Shown: positions 8,821 to 18,073 of the stretch, piece by piece
Layout: the number at the start of each line of letters is the position of its first letter
Position numbering within the stretch: the first letter of the stretch is position 1
Origin: a virus
Direction: 5' to 3' (one strand)
Virus record (IMG/VR): IMGVR_UViG_3300031841_004520
Coordinates: 59,593-123,592 of that record
DNA: 64,000 bases
Made by a program: the position numbers and the translations under genes
The notes under the pieces: generated by a model
Database searches by the model: none
The model's input: the letters and a program-made list of their open reading frames with translations, nothing else
What the model was told of the DNA's origin: nothing

Positions 8821-9852
8821 TCAATCAGTACTTCCAGGAGCTTGGTAATATCCTACATGATAGCCGGGTACAGTGTACTCGTCAACCACAGAATCTATTC
8901 CATTCATTTCTACATCATGTTTTACTTGTTCACACATAGTCATAAATTCTCCTTGTTCACACAACTTACCTTCACGATATTCAATCATTGGGGTTACATT
9001 TGTGCCATTAAAAGAATTTTTACCATAATGACATAACTTTTTACATTTCCAGCTTTTGCTTAACTGTGGTTTTTTACATTTTTTAATTTTTTCAAATTTT
9101 GTCCTAAGCAAATTTTCTGTTGCTATAATGTCTGACTTATCAAAAGTCATACTAAAAGGACCACCATCATTAATAAAATATATTGTTACAATACAGTGTT
9201 TAATTTCAGGATATAGTTTTTGTGCAGCATAGAAGTAGATCATAAGTTGGGGATCTTTTTCTAGTTTTTCTTGTGTCTTCTCTTCTCCTGTAGCCCAGTT
9301 AAGCCTACGTCCAGTTTTCCAATCAATAATCTCTAAGGTGTCTTCATTAACCCTAGTAATTAAATCTATTGTACCTTTCATAGCTAGGTTACCTTTAAGG
9401 TCACCATAATCATATTTAGCCCATGGTTTGTCTATAGTAATATCAAACTGCTGTTCAGGATAAAGAATGTCTCTGTTTCTAGGATCAAACATACCATCAG
9501 CATATGTGATGGCTTTGTGGGCCCATTTAAAACAATCTTTTTTGTCTTTTTCAGACCATTCATGATGGTCAAAATTAGATGTATAGTAATCATATACTTG
9601 TGTACTTAATTCAGTCAGATCGTAATCGTTTACATCAACTTCACCCACAATATCATCTGTAAAAGTTTTTTCTCCTTTTTGTTTAGTGAACTGTACAAAA
9701 GCTAATATTTCTAATATCTTGTGGACTATAGTGCCTTTATCTGCTTTTTTATTAGAAGGAGACCTATAGCCTAAAACATAATCAAAAAAGTATTGTTGTT
9801 CACACATACAATGGGTATTATATGATGAGCTGCGGAAATAAGTAATTATCAT
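8821..9852 (-). CDS. Cas4/AddB-like PD-(D/E)XK exonuclease, probable Fe-S cluster
   Basis: CEQQY, KGTIVH, KGTIDL, IIDWKTG, QLMIY, CKKLC plus a downstream Cys. Confidence 0.85.
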   Translation of the reverse strand: MIITYFRSSSYNTHCMCEQQYFFDYVLGYRSPSNKKADKGTIVHKILEILAFVQFTKQKGEKTFTDDIVGEVDVNDYDLTELSTQVYDYYTSNFDHHEWSEKDKKDCFKWAHKAITYADGMFDPRNRDILYPEQQFDITIDKPWAKYDYGDLKGNLAMKGTIDLITRVNEDTLEIIDWKTGRRLNWATGEEKTQEKLEKDPQLMIYFYAAQKLYPEIKHCIVTIYFINDGGPFSMTFDKSDIIATENLLRTKFEKIKKCKKPQLSKSWKCKKLCHYGKNSFNGTNVTPMIEYREGKLCEQGEFMTMCEQVKHDVEMNGIDSVVDEYTVPGYHVGYYQAPGSTD

Positions 9853-10481
9853 TATGTTGCCTTATTTTTTGTATGAACTAGGTATTTTTGGTTCTTGGGT
9901 GAGGTTATATGTTTTTTTAGAAAGTCAATAATTAATTTATTTCTGTCATCAATAGATATGTCGGGATTGTCTATAACTAAATCAAAATTAGATTGGTCGT
10001 ATTTATCCTCGTCTAGTGCTGTTTCGCTTGCGTGTGTAGAGCTATAAAGGTTTCTATTAAGTTTGACTACTAGACCACCAGCATTTTTAACAGCCTCAAC
10101 CTCATTCGGAAATCGACAATCAGCAATTAAGGATAATCCTCTCCCGTGTTTTTGGATTAATCTGATAGTAGCCGCTGCCCAGACATCGTGCTGCATTCTT
10201 CTAAAAACATCCGTTCCAACATACTGGAGTACTTCTCTGGCTGTCATTTGTGCGTCAATACCGGGCCAATAGCAATCCACAGTTTCATTTTTGTTTTCAT
10301 CTGTACCATAACATTGTTCTTCTGTTAAGCCCAATATATTGATACAAAGTTGTTTTAAAGGATCTGCAAAATTGTATATCTGTGAGCATCCTAGAGGTGT
10401 GTGTTCATCAAACAAATTTTTAACAAATTCACAAGATGTAGTTTTACCAGATTGTTTTCTGCCAGCAAACGCTATAATCAT
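9852..10481 (-). CDS. Deoxynucleoside monophosphate kinase
   Basis: GRKQSGKTT, FADPLK, REVLQYVGTD, DCRFPNE, HASE. Confidence 0.9.
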   Translation of the reverse strand: MIIAFAGRKQSGKTTSCEFVKNLFDEHTPLGCSQIYNFADPLKQLCINILGLTEEQCYGTDENKNETVDCYWPGIDAQMTAREVLQYVGTDVFRRMQHDVWAAATIRLIQKHGRGLSLIADCRFPNEVEAVKNAGGLVVKLNRNLYSSTHASETALDEDKYDQSNFDLVIDNPDISIDDRNKLIIDFLKKHITSPKNQKYLVHTKNKAT

Positions 10482-11650
10482 AAATACTCCTGTATGGTTT
10501 TTTTGATTTCTGTGTCAATTTGATTAGAAGTCATGTCGGCAATATCATTAGCAGATATTCCTATATTATATACATTATATGTACGATTGCAATTTTTGGA
10601 AATATTTTGAGCTGCCTTACGACCAGCATCATCATTGTCCATAATTGTAAATATGCACATTGCTCCACTAGAATCTAGTAGTAGCTTTTGTTGATTACTA
10701 AGATTAGTGCCAAATATAGCTACGCTATTATGAATACCATTTTCTTCTAACTTCCACACATTACCAGGACTCTCTACTAGAATTACATACATACTTTTTT
10801 TAATATGCTGTTTAGCAAACCAAAAGTTATATAAGTATTCTTGTGTTTTAAATCCACCATTGTGTTTCCACTTAGAATATTTCCATAGGTTTTCGGCAGA
10901 AGGGCAAGGGTCTGATGGATCATGAAAACCTCCACACCTATCACACTTTTCATATATACTTCTACCGGTACAGCCCACCATCGTTTCATAATTCATGTCG
11001 TAAATAGGTACGACAACCCTGTTGTACATCTCCCTTTTAGGATTAGAACATAGTCCAACATCATATTTGTCCATAATGTTTTGGCTATATCCTCTGTCTA
11101 TGTAGTATTGAGCAGGTATTGCTAGACTACTTCTCACCGTGTTTCTAGTAACAGCAGGCTTGTTAGACTTTGCTGTTTTTTGCATAGATCGCATAGCAAT
11201 ATTAAATTTATGCTTGCTTTGCTGGGTTCTATTAATTCTGATGTTTTGTAATTTGGTATTTGTAAACTCTTCACAGAATTGTAAAGTTTCTTTAAAGCTA
11301 CAAGTTTCGTCACCCGACTTAGACCAGTTGTATTTTTTGTTAGACAAAAGCCCTCTAACGAAACCTATAATAGATGGCTGAAAAACTTCTTCACAATTAT
11401 GTGTTCTACACTTCCAGTTACCTCTATATGATTCTCCTTCTGGATATATGTTAATTGCTGATGGATTGTCACCACCATGAATAGGGCAGCACATACTATA
11501 AAATCTACCATTATCTTTATGGTCAATTTCAAAATAATCGAATAAATCTTCTGCTTTATCGCATAAGTTGTCGCAGAGTATCTTTAATTTTTGTTGTTGA
11601 TTTTTATTCGAATGGGATTGCTTCTTCACTGTCTTCATCAAACTCCTCAA
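10478..11650 (-). CDS. dnaG: DNA primase (CHC2 Zn finger plus TOPRIM); true start possibly GTG 11629
   Basis: CPIHGGDN...WKCRTHNC; RVVVPI; ILVESPG; MDNDDAGRKA. Confidence 0.88.
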   Translation of the reverse strand: MRSLMKTVKKQSHSNKNQQQKLKILCDNLCDKAEDLFDYFEIDHKDNGRFYSMCCPIHGGDNPSAINIYPEGESYRGNWKCRTHNCEEVFQPSIIGFVRGLLSNKKYNWSKSGDETCSFKETLQFCEEFTNTKLQNIRINRTQQSKHKFNIAMRSMQKTAKSNKPAVTRNTVRSSLAIPAQYYIDRGYSQNIMDKYDVGLCSNPKREMYNRVVVPIYDMNYETMVGCTGRSIYEKCDRCGGFHDPSDPCPSAENLWKYSKWKHNGGFKTQEYLYNFWFAKQHIKKSMYVILVESPGNVWKLEENGIHNSVAIFGTNLSNQQKLLLDSSGAMCIFTIMDNDDAGRKAAQNISKNCNRTYNVYNIGISANDIADMTSNQIDTEIKKTIQEYL

Positions 11651-13052
11651 TACTATCAGGTTTTTGCATTAGTTCCAATCTGGTTTTGCCTTCGCTAATC
11701 TTAGCACACCAACCCTTCATGTTACAATTAATATAATCATTGTCATCCAACCCTCCTCCATGCCTGCTGACCAGAGGTAATAGTTTTCTATTTCCGTTAT
11801 CTGGACCATCTTCTGCTATTTCCTCATCTGTCTTACGTTTGAATATAGTGAAGTTGCTACAAAGCCAAATAATTCTATCTGATCCACTGGCGGTATCTGT
11901 GCTCTCTTTGGTGATACCATCCCTGTTAAGCTGAACAAATGCTACTATAGGGACTTTATACCTAGTAGCAAAGTTATGTAAGGCTGTCATCATGAATCCT
12001 AGAACCTGATATTCTTTCATGTCTTGACTCATGCCTTGGCTGTCCATGAGTTTTAAGTAGTCGTAAAATATTACGCAGTCCTTAGCTGATCCGTCTTCAT
12101 TTAGTCCAACTTCTTTAATCAACCATCGTCGCATCAAGGAGATTTGATCTTCAAAAGGTTGTCCAGCAATAGACTTGTGATATATACCCATATCTTTGAG
12201 TTGCTCTGCTGCTTTTTGTATTTTGTTTTTCTTGTTTGGAGATTGAGCAAACTTACCGGTTTCGATGCTACTAATATCCACTTCTGTCATCATGGCCAGT
12301 ATCCTATTTATGTGATCCTCTTTCATCATTTCTGTATCTAAATTTAGGATTGGTACTTTTGATTTAGAAGCAACATTAAATCCAATATTATCTGACAATA
12401 AAGTTTTCCCTGTTTTAGGTCTAGCAGCAATTACATTTACTGTACCTCTACGCAAACCGCCTCCAATAGCCTGATCATAGATAGGGAATCCTGTAGGTAT
12501 ACCTATTTGGTCTATAGGATTATCAATTAATGACTGTATATATTCGTCAACATCCTGACCAACGGTTGTGGGGTGATTCTCTGTGTCATTAAGAAGAGAA
12601 GAAAAATTAAATATGACGTCTTCTGCAATACCGACGATACTGCCAACAGGTTCGGTTCCTTTTACTTCTGAAACCTTACTTTTAGCTTCGTCTAACTGTT
12701 TTTCTAATAGTCTAGCTATTTCTAGCTTTCTAACTTTTGCAGCAAACTTTCTAACATTGTCTAATTCTACTGGGAAGCTGGTAATTGCCTGCAAATGTTG
12801 AACTTCTTCTTTTTTAGTAACTATTGAGGATAGATGTAATTCCTCAGCAGCTGAAAAAATAGTAGCTATATCCAATTTAGTGTTTGGATTTTTCTCAAAA
12901 ACATATTTAAAGCATTTGTATAAAACAATATTGCTATCTATAGTAAATGAGCTTTCTTGTAGCAGATCTGCTACATCATAGTAAGCATCTTCACCGTAGT
13001 TAAATATACCTGACAGAACCGCACGTTCTGCTGACGCATCTGATAATTTCAT
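11604..13052 (-). CDS. dnaB: Replicative DNA helicase
   Basis: AERAVL, GIPTGF, AARPKTGKT, LDTEM, FYDYLKL, VQLNR. Confidence 0.95.
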   Translation of the reverse strand: MKLSDASAERAVLSGIFNYGEDAYYDVADLLQESSFTIDSNIVLYKCFKYVFEKNPNTKLDIATIFSAAEELHLSSIVTKKEEVQHLQAITSFPVELDNVRKFAAKVRKLEIARLLEKQLDEAKSKVSEVKGTEPVGSIVGIAEDVIFNFSSLLNDTENHPTTVGQDVDEYIQSLIDNPIDQIGIPTGFPIYDQAIGGGLRRGTVNVIAARPKTGKTLLSDNIGFNVASKSKVPILNLDTEMMKEDHINRILAMMTEVDISSIETGKFAQSPNKKNKIQKAAEQLKDMGIYHKSIAGQPFEDQISLMRRWLIKEVGLNEDGSAKDCVIFYDYLKLMDSQGMSQDMKEYQVLGFMMTALHNFATRYKVPIVAFVQLNRDGITKESTDTASGSDRIIWLCSNFTIFKRKTDEEIAEDGPDNGNRKLLPLVSRHGGGLDDNDYINCNMKGWCAKISEGKTRLELMQKPDSIEEFDEDSEEAIPFE

Positions 13053-13053
13053 T

Positions 13054-13431
13054 TTACCCAGCCATTGTAGAACATTTATTACACTTATAACGATCTATAG
13101 ATTCCACCACCCCTGCATTTACTTCTTCCTTTTTGCCACAAACACGACAGGTTACATTTACCGGAGTATAGCTTCTCGTTCTAGGTACAGGAGACTGTTT
13201 TGATACTTTTTTATCAAATTCCACATCCTCTTTATGCATATTAAATTCTGCCATCTGTTCAAACTTATTTACTCTTGCACTTTTCCTATCTATATTTTTA
13301 GATTTAATTGCAGAGTTGCTGAACTGTGGTTCTGACTGTTGTTCTACTGCTGGTTCATCATCTTCAGGCAGCATAGCAGACAACATCTTAATCATTTGTT
13401 TGATCTGTTTTGGGCTTAAGTTATCATCCAT
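13054..13431 (-). CDS. Hypothetical protein with C-terminal zinc ribbon
   Basis: CRVC...CNKC. Confidence 0.6.
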   Translation of the reverse strand: MDDNLSPKQIKQMIKMLSAMLPEDDEPAVEQQSEPQFSNSAIKSKNIDRKSARVNKFEQMAEFNMHKEDVEFDKKVSKQSPVPRTRSYTPVNVTCRVCGKKEEVNAGVVESIDRYKCNKCSTMAG

Positions 13432-13915
13432 TTTTAATCATCCCCTTTGCTCTTTGTGTAGAAATTAAAATATCTGATAAATTTTTAAGTGTACTTGAGA
13501 GATAGGTTAATCTATCTGATCTTTGTTTAGCATATTTTTTTATTTGGTTTAGCTTGATTGCTCTTTCATTGTGCTTGATTGCCTGTAAGGATTTTTCTAC
13601 ATATCCGTAACCCTTATAATTATTAATTTCGTCAGCTATAGTTTCTTTAATAGTCTCATCAGCCCAATTGTATCTAGCCATTTCTCTATTTAAACTTCTT
13701 TGTATATGGAAACCAAATTGACCAATCCTGTATGCGATCTCAGCACATTCTGTAACAGTAAGTTTTTCTAGAACGTCCCTATTCATAGTAAGGTATTCTT
13801 GTAGTTCCGCTTCTGGCAAGCTATCTCCGGCATATGCTGGGATACCAATACCCTTTTCGTATTCGTCTAATATGTTGTCCCAATGGGTTATTTCTTCTTT
13901 AGCCGTTCTGCTCAT
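13424..13915 (-). CDS. Hypothetical helical protein (UvsY-like mediator possible by position)
   Basis: 163 aa predicted coiled coil between recA and dnaB; function inferred from context only. Confidence 0.45.
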   Translation of the reverse strand: MSRTAKEEITHWDNILDEYEKGIGIPAYAGDSLPEAELQEYLTMNRDVLEKLTVTECAEIAYRIGQFGFHIQRSLNREMARYNWADETIKETIADEINNYKGYGYVEKSLQAIKHNERAIKLNQIKKYAKQRSDRLTYLSSTLKNLSDILISTQRAKGMIKNG

Positions 13916-14309
13916 TTATTATATCTTTCCATTCTGATATTTTATTATAAGGCAATTCTATAAAACCAATCTCGTTTGTTTCACACCAGTTTTTCTTTTC
14001 TCTGTCTCTTTTTTTATGTTTTAAAAAATTTAGTTTGTTTTGATGGAAAAATGGAACATACTTATAGTGCTGTTCGCCATGAACCTCTATACAAATTTTA
14101 GCAAGAGGTAGGTAAAAGTCAAGATATAAAATTTCGGTTCTTCTCAAAGGTATCGGAACTTCCTCTAAAATCTGATAAGTAGGAAAAATATTTCTTATGA
14201 CTTCCCTAGCTTGTAAATGTAGTTCAGATTTATTCTGTCTACTACCTTTAGCTATGTGTCCTGTTAATTGCCATTTTTGTAATTTACCATCTAAATCAAT
14301 AATCTCCAT
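13899..14309 (-). CDS. PD-(D/E)XK endonuclease (DUF559/Vsr-like)
   Basis: LYLDFYLP...IEVHGEQHY...RDREKKNWC. Confidence 0.75.
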   Translation of the reverse strand: MEIIDLDGKLQKWQLTGHIAKGSRQNKSELHLQAREVIRNIFPTYQILEEVPIPLRRTEILYLDFYLPLAKICIEVHGEQHYKYVPFFHQNKLNFLKHKKRDREKKNWCETNEIGFIELPYNKISEWKDIINEQNG

Positions 14310-14313
14310 ACCA

Positions 14314-15360
14314 TCACATACCCATTGTGTCTTTCACTTGATTCCAAAGAGTGTCATATACTTCTGGATTAGAAGCAATATAATTTCTAGCTTTTTCTTC
14401 ACCTTGGAATTTAGGGGTGTCTTCTACACAAGAAATAGTATACCAAGCGCCAGCCTGATCTACCAATCCAATATCTTTAGCTAAATTAAATACTTCCATC
14501 GCTCTGTCTATACCTTCTCCATACCGTAAGAAACTTGTAATCTTACCACCAGGAGGACCTAAAGCAGAACAATTTACCATCCAATGTATTTTTTGTCCAA
14601 TCTGAGTATCTTCTTTACCCACTCTCCATGGCTCAAAATAAGTAGCTCTTAGTTTAACATCAGTTTGATAAGCAATAGCTTGTCCAGATTTTTCCTTAAA
14701 CTCTACATTACCGTGACCCGGATTACCCATTAGGTGAGTAATGCCAATGACAACATTTTTATTAACAGGAATTACATTTGCTACTTTTCTGCAAAACTTA
14801 GCCAATAGCTTTGCTCCATCTGCTCTTTGCATTTTACCCATGTCAGCAGTAATTTCAGCTTCTGTACATAGTGCTGAATAAGAATCTATAATTAGTACAG
14901 ATCCTGGTTCTTCATTAATGATTCTTTCTCCGATAGATAAATACTCTTCAGCATGTAGTATCTTACCTTGCTGAGATCCTATGACATGAAACTTATCTAG
15001 ATTCAAACCTGGAATACCTTCTAAATCCCTCTTCTTCAATCTACCTTCTATGTTTAGATAATACACATCTCTACCATCTGCAAACGAACTGTGTGCATAT
15101 TCTTTTCTTTGTGCTGTAGCAGCGAAGTCTAACGATGTTGTTGTCTTGCCACACTTAGGATGTCCGGTGAAAATCATAAAGCTACCCTCTGGGACACCAC
15201 CATTCAACACAAGGTCTAGGCAAGGAGATACAGGGATAGTTATGAGGTTTTGGTCTACCACGGAATTAGCAGATAGCATGATGCCGTCCCCAAATTGTTT
15301 TTTGACCCCATCTTGGATTTTGTTTTTCGTTGTTGGGGTTTTACTTTTGGTTTTGCTCAT
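14314..15360 (-). CDS. recA: RecA/UvsX-like recombinase
   Basis: LDLVLNGGVP, GHPKCGKTT (Walker A), LIIDSYSAL (Walker B), SGQAIAY, QAGAWY. Confidence 0.92.
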   Translation of the reverse strand: MSKTKSKTPTTKNKIQDGVKKQFGDGIMLSANSVVDQNLITIPVSPCLDLVLNGGVPEGSFMIFTGHPKCGKTTTSLDFAATAQRKEYAHSSFADGRDVYYLNIEGRLKKRDLEGIPGLNLDKFHVIGSQQGKILHAEEYLSIGERIINEEPGSVLIIDSYSALCTEAEITADMGKMQRADGAKLLAKFCRKVANVIPVNKNVVIGITHLMGNPGHGNVEFKEKSGQAIAYQTDVKLRATYFEPWRVGKEDTQIGQKIHWMVNCSALGPPGGKITSFLRYGEGIDRAMEVFNLAKDIGLVDQAGAWYTISCVEDTPKFQGEEKARNYIASNPEVYDTLWNQVKDTMGM

Positions 15361-15766
15361 CTTCTAAATCCTTAAGTTTTGATAAAATATTTTTAGTAGT
15401 TTTGTATTTCTTGTAAGTAGACTTATCTCTACCCAAGTCTATTGTAACATCTTTATTCTGTTTAGACAAGATCTTTTCATGCTTCTGTATTACCGGTGTC
15501 AAAAATTTAGATCTTAGAGAGTAGGTTCTATAGCACTTCTTATCCTTGATAGCTGCTATAATTGCCTTAGCACTATGCTTTTTCAAAAGCCTGTGTGCTG
15601 TAAAAATTTGACTTTTATAAAATGACGACCATTCCTTATTATTCCAAAATCTGTAATGTAAATCCTTTTGTTCAATTCTTGCCTTATTCTCACAAATCAA
15701 TTCCGTAATATACTGAGCAGCAGATACTTCTTTGCCGTTCGAATATTTAGAAATGTATTTATTCAC
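15341..15766 (-). CDS. Hypothetical basic protein
   Basis: 141 aa coupled ORF. Confidence 0.6.
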   Translation of the reverse strand: MNKYISKYSNGKEVSAAQYITELICENKARIEQKDLHYRFWNNKEWSSFYKSQIFTAHRLLKKHSAKAIIAAIKDKKCYRTYSLRSKFLTPVIQKHEKILSKQNKDVTIDLGRDKSTYKKYKTTKNILSKLKDLEDEQNQK

Positions 15767-16076
15767 GAGCTTTGTTAATGGCGTTCTTATACTTGGAGTT
15801 TATATTGCTTTCTCTATCGTCAGTTAGTTCAGACGATGCCTGTGTCATTATAGTAACATTTTTGGTTCTTTTGCCAGATGTTTCTTTGATAAAAGAATCG
15901 GCCTTACTAGATACCGTTTTAATGTTCGCATTATTGGAGCTTTCTACGCCGACAACATCTACCACTGTTTGTTCAGACAGATTTAATTCTTTAGCTATTT
16001 GCTTATCCTCCATTTGAATAACTTCTTTCAAATATCGAACAGCATATTCTTTAGTTTTAGATATTTTTGCCATCAT
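15759..16076 (-). CDS. Hypothetical HTH-like protein
   Basis: KQIAKELNLSEQTV; start moved to the ATGA overlap at 16076. Confidence 0.55.
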   Translation of the reverse strand: MMAKISKTKEYAVRYLKEVIQMEDKQIAKELNLSEQTVVDVVGVESSNNANIKTVSSKADSFIKETSGKRTKNVTIMTQASSELTDDRESNINSKYKNAINKARE

Positions 16077-16444
16077 TCCATCTCTCTTTCTGCATTTCTT
16101 AACCATGCAATATTCTTAGTCTTTAAAAAATTTGTATATAGTTCAAATACTCTAGGCGATACCGACTTAAACTCCCACGCCTTCTTGCCAATTTTAGATA
16201 AGAACTTATTTGATGTTCCTTCTGAATACATTCCGATAGGATTGTATATTTTGCCGTGTGATCCTAGCTTCAAAAAATATCTGGTACTATTACCTAAAGT
16301 AATACTTTTGGCTAGGACATCTCCAGTACCGTCCTCTAGTCTTGGAAAATTTTTATTATCTAAATAATCATGCTGTCCAAATACTGTGTAGTATTCATAT
16401 GTCTTGTTATCAGGCTCATGATTATTAATCTGTCTTGTACTCAT
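16073..16444 (-). CDS. Hypothetical protein
   Basis: 123 aa coupled ORF. Confidence 0.6.
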   Translation of the reverse strand: MSTRQINNHEPDNKTYEYYTVFGQHDYLDNKNFPRLEDGTGDVLAKSITLGNSTRYFLKLGSHGKIYNPIGMYSEGTSNKFLSKIGKKAWEFKSVSPRVFELYTNFLKTKNIAWLRNAEREME

Positions 16445-16445
16445 A

Positions 16446-16793
16446 TTATTTGGGCCAAATTGTTTTTGGCTTCCTTTCTATTCTAGACATTCCATCAGGC
16501 AAAACGGTGTTAGGATCTTCTTTGCCTCTATTAGAATAATGTTTCCTTTGTAGTTCAGCTTTATAGTCGTCACTAAATTTTTCTGTGTTTCTCTGAGCCA
16601 AGTCTCCTAAGGTTTTTAGTTCAGAATCACTTTTCTTTACAGAGCTGTTTAAGGTAAGCATATCTTCCTGATAGTCTCTACCACAAATTTCGTTACAGCT
16701 ATCGCACTTTACTCTGTCTTTGTAGTCGTTGATATTAGCAAAGAGATCAAATGATTTATTGCAGGATTCACAAAAATATGTATATGTTGGCAT
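16446..16793 (-). CDS. FmdB-family zinc-ribbon protein
   Basis: MPTYTYFCESC...CDSC. Confidence 0.8.
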   Translation of the reverse strand: MPTYTYFCESCNKSFDLFANINDYKDRVKCDSCNEICGRDYQEDMLTLNSSVKKSDSELKTLGDLAQRNTEKFSDDYKAELQRKHYSNRGKEDPNTVLPDGMSRIERKPKTIWPK

Positions 16794-16794
16794 A

Positions 16795-17361
16795 TTAATT
16801 TATAAAATTAGAAACGTATTCCATCCACTCTTCTGGTATTTCTTTTATTGTAAGTAAGTACTGTGCTATTGGCAAGTATTTTTCGCTCTTAGATGGAATA
16901 TATGGTTTTTTTATTAGAGGCATCTTAGCTTGTTGTGGGGTTTTATCTCCTTTTTTTAAATTACAACTTAGACATGCGGTGGTTATATTATGCCACCCAG
17001 TTGCTTTTAAAGAACTGTGAACCGGCCATTTAGACTTGGGTATAACATGGTCATAAGTTAGCTTTCTTGATTTCTTGCCACAATACTGGCATGTATAATT
17101 ATCTCTAATGAATATATTCTTCCTGCAGAATTTTATTTCTTCTTTAAAGAAATTATAAAACTTAGTTAATTTAATTACAGAGGGTATAGATATATCTTTA
17201 TACACAGACTTGATACTATCTTTGTAGTAAGATACAACCTCTACATTGCTTTTGTATCCTTTAGAACTACCATACCATAGCACCATAGCCTTTTGCCAAG
17301 ATATGGTGCATAGTGGTGTGTAGTTACAGTTTATAATTAAACAGTCTTTGTGCTTAGACAT
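16795..17361 (-). CDS. HNH endonuclease
   Basis: RKNIFIRDNYTCQYCG...TYDHVIP...WHNITTACLSCNLKKG. Confidence 0.9.
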   Translation of the reverse strand: MSKHKDCLIINCNYTPLCTISWQKAMVLWYGSSKGYKSNVEVVSYYKDSIKSVYKDISIPSVIKLTKFYNFFKEEIKFCRKNIFIRDNYTCQYCGKKSRKLTYDHVIPKSKWPVHSSLKATGWHNITTACLSCNLKKGDKTPQQAKMPLIKKPYIPSKSEKYLPIAQYLLTIKEIPEEWMEYVSNFIN

Positions 17362-17362
17362 T

Positions 17363-18049
17363 TTAAAGCCTATGTACTATCTCTGCTATGATTGGATTTC
17401 TAACGATGTCGGAAATTTCTAAATGAGAAAAACCCACACCATTGGCTCCTTGCAATCTATCTATAATAGATCCAAAACCACCCTTTTGAGTAGCATGTAG
17501 ATCTGATTGGTCTAGATCACCAGTAAGCACCATTTTACTATTCATGCCGATTCTAGTCAACAGCATTTTCAATTGATCATAAGAAGCGTTTTGACATTCA
17601 TCCGCTACAATAAAAGAGTCATGAAAACTTCTACCTCTCATTAAACCTAGAGGCACAATTTCTATTGCCCTACCAGACTTAAGTTTGTGGAAATGTTCCA
17701 TTTTAAGAAAATAATTGACTTCATCAAATAATGGCAATAAGTATGGGTGTAGTTTTTCTTCAGCACTACCCGGCAAAAAGCCTAGCTTTTCTCCTGCTTC
17801 GACAACAGGTCTAGTGATAACTATCTTTTGGACCTTATAATCTAATAGATATTCTAGAGCCATACCAACAGCGATATGCGTTTTACCACTCCCAGGAACA
17901 CCCTGACAGAAAGTGATAGTGCTTTCCGCTACAGTTCTAATATAATCTTTTTGATTTATAGATCTTGGCTTAAGTCTATTTTTAAATCCAACAATATGTT
18001 CTTCAGGGGCTAGCTTGTCAGCAGCCTTTTTAATTTTGCGTTTTCTCAA
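17363..18049 (-). CDS. phoH: PhoH family ATPase
   Basis: GVPGSGKT, ITRPVVEAGEKLGFLPG, MRGRSF, DECQN, LTRIG, GDLDQSD, VRN. Confidence 0.95.
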   Translation of the reverse strand: MRKRKIKKAADKLAPEEHIVGFKNRLKPRSINQKDYIRTVAESTITFCQGVPGSGKTHIAVGMALEYLLDYKVQKIVITRPVVEAGEKLGFLPGSAEEKLHPYLLPLFDEVNYFLKMEHFHKLKSGRAIEIVPLGLMRGRSFHDSFIVADECQNASYDQLKMLLTRIGMNSKMVLTGDLDQSDLHATQKGGFGSIIDRLQGANGVGFSHLEISDIVRNPIIAEIVHRL

Positions 18050-18073
18050 GGTTATACCTCTCTAGGAGTAGAA

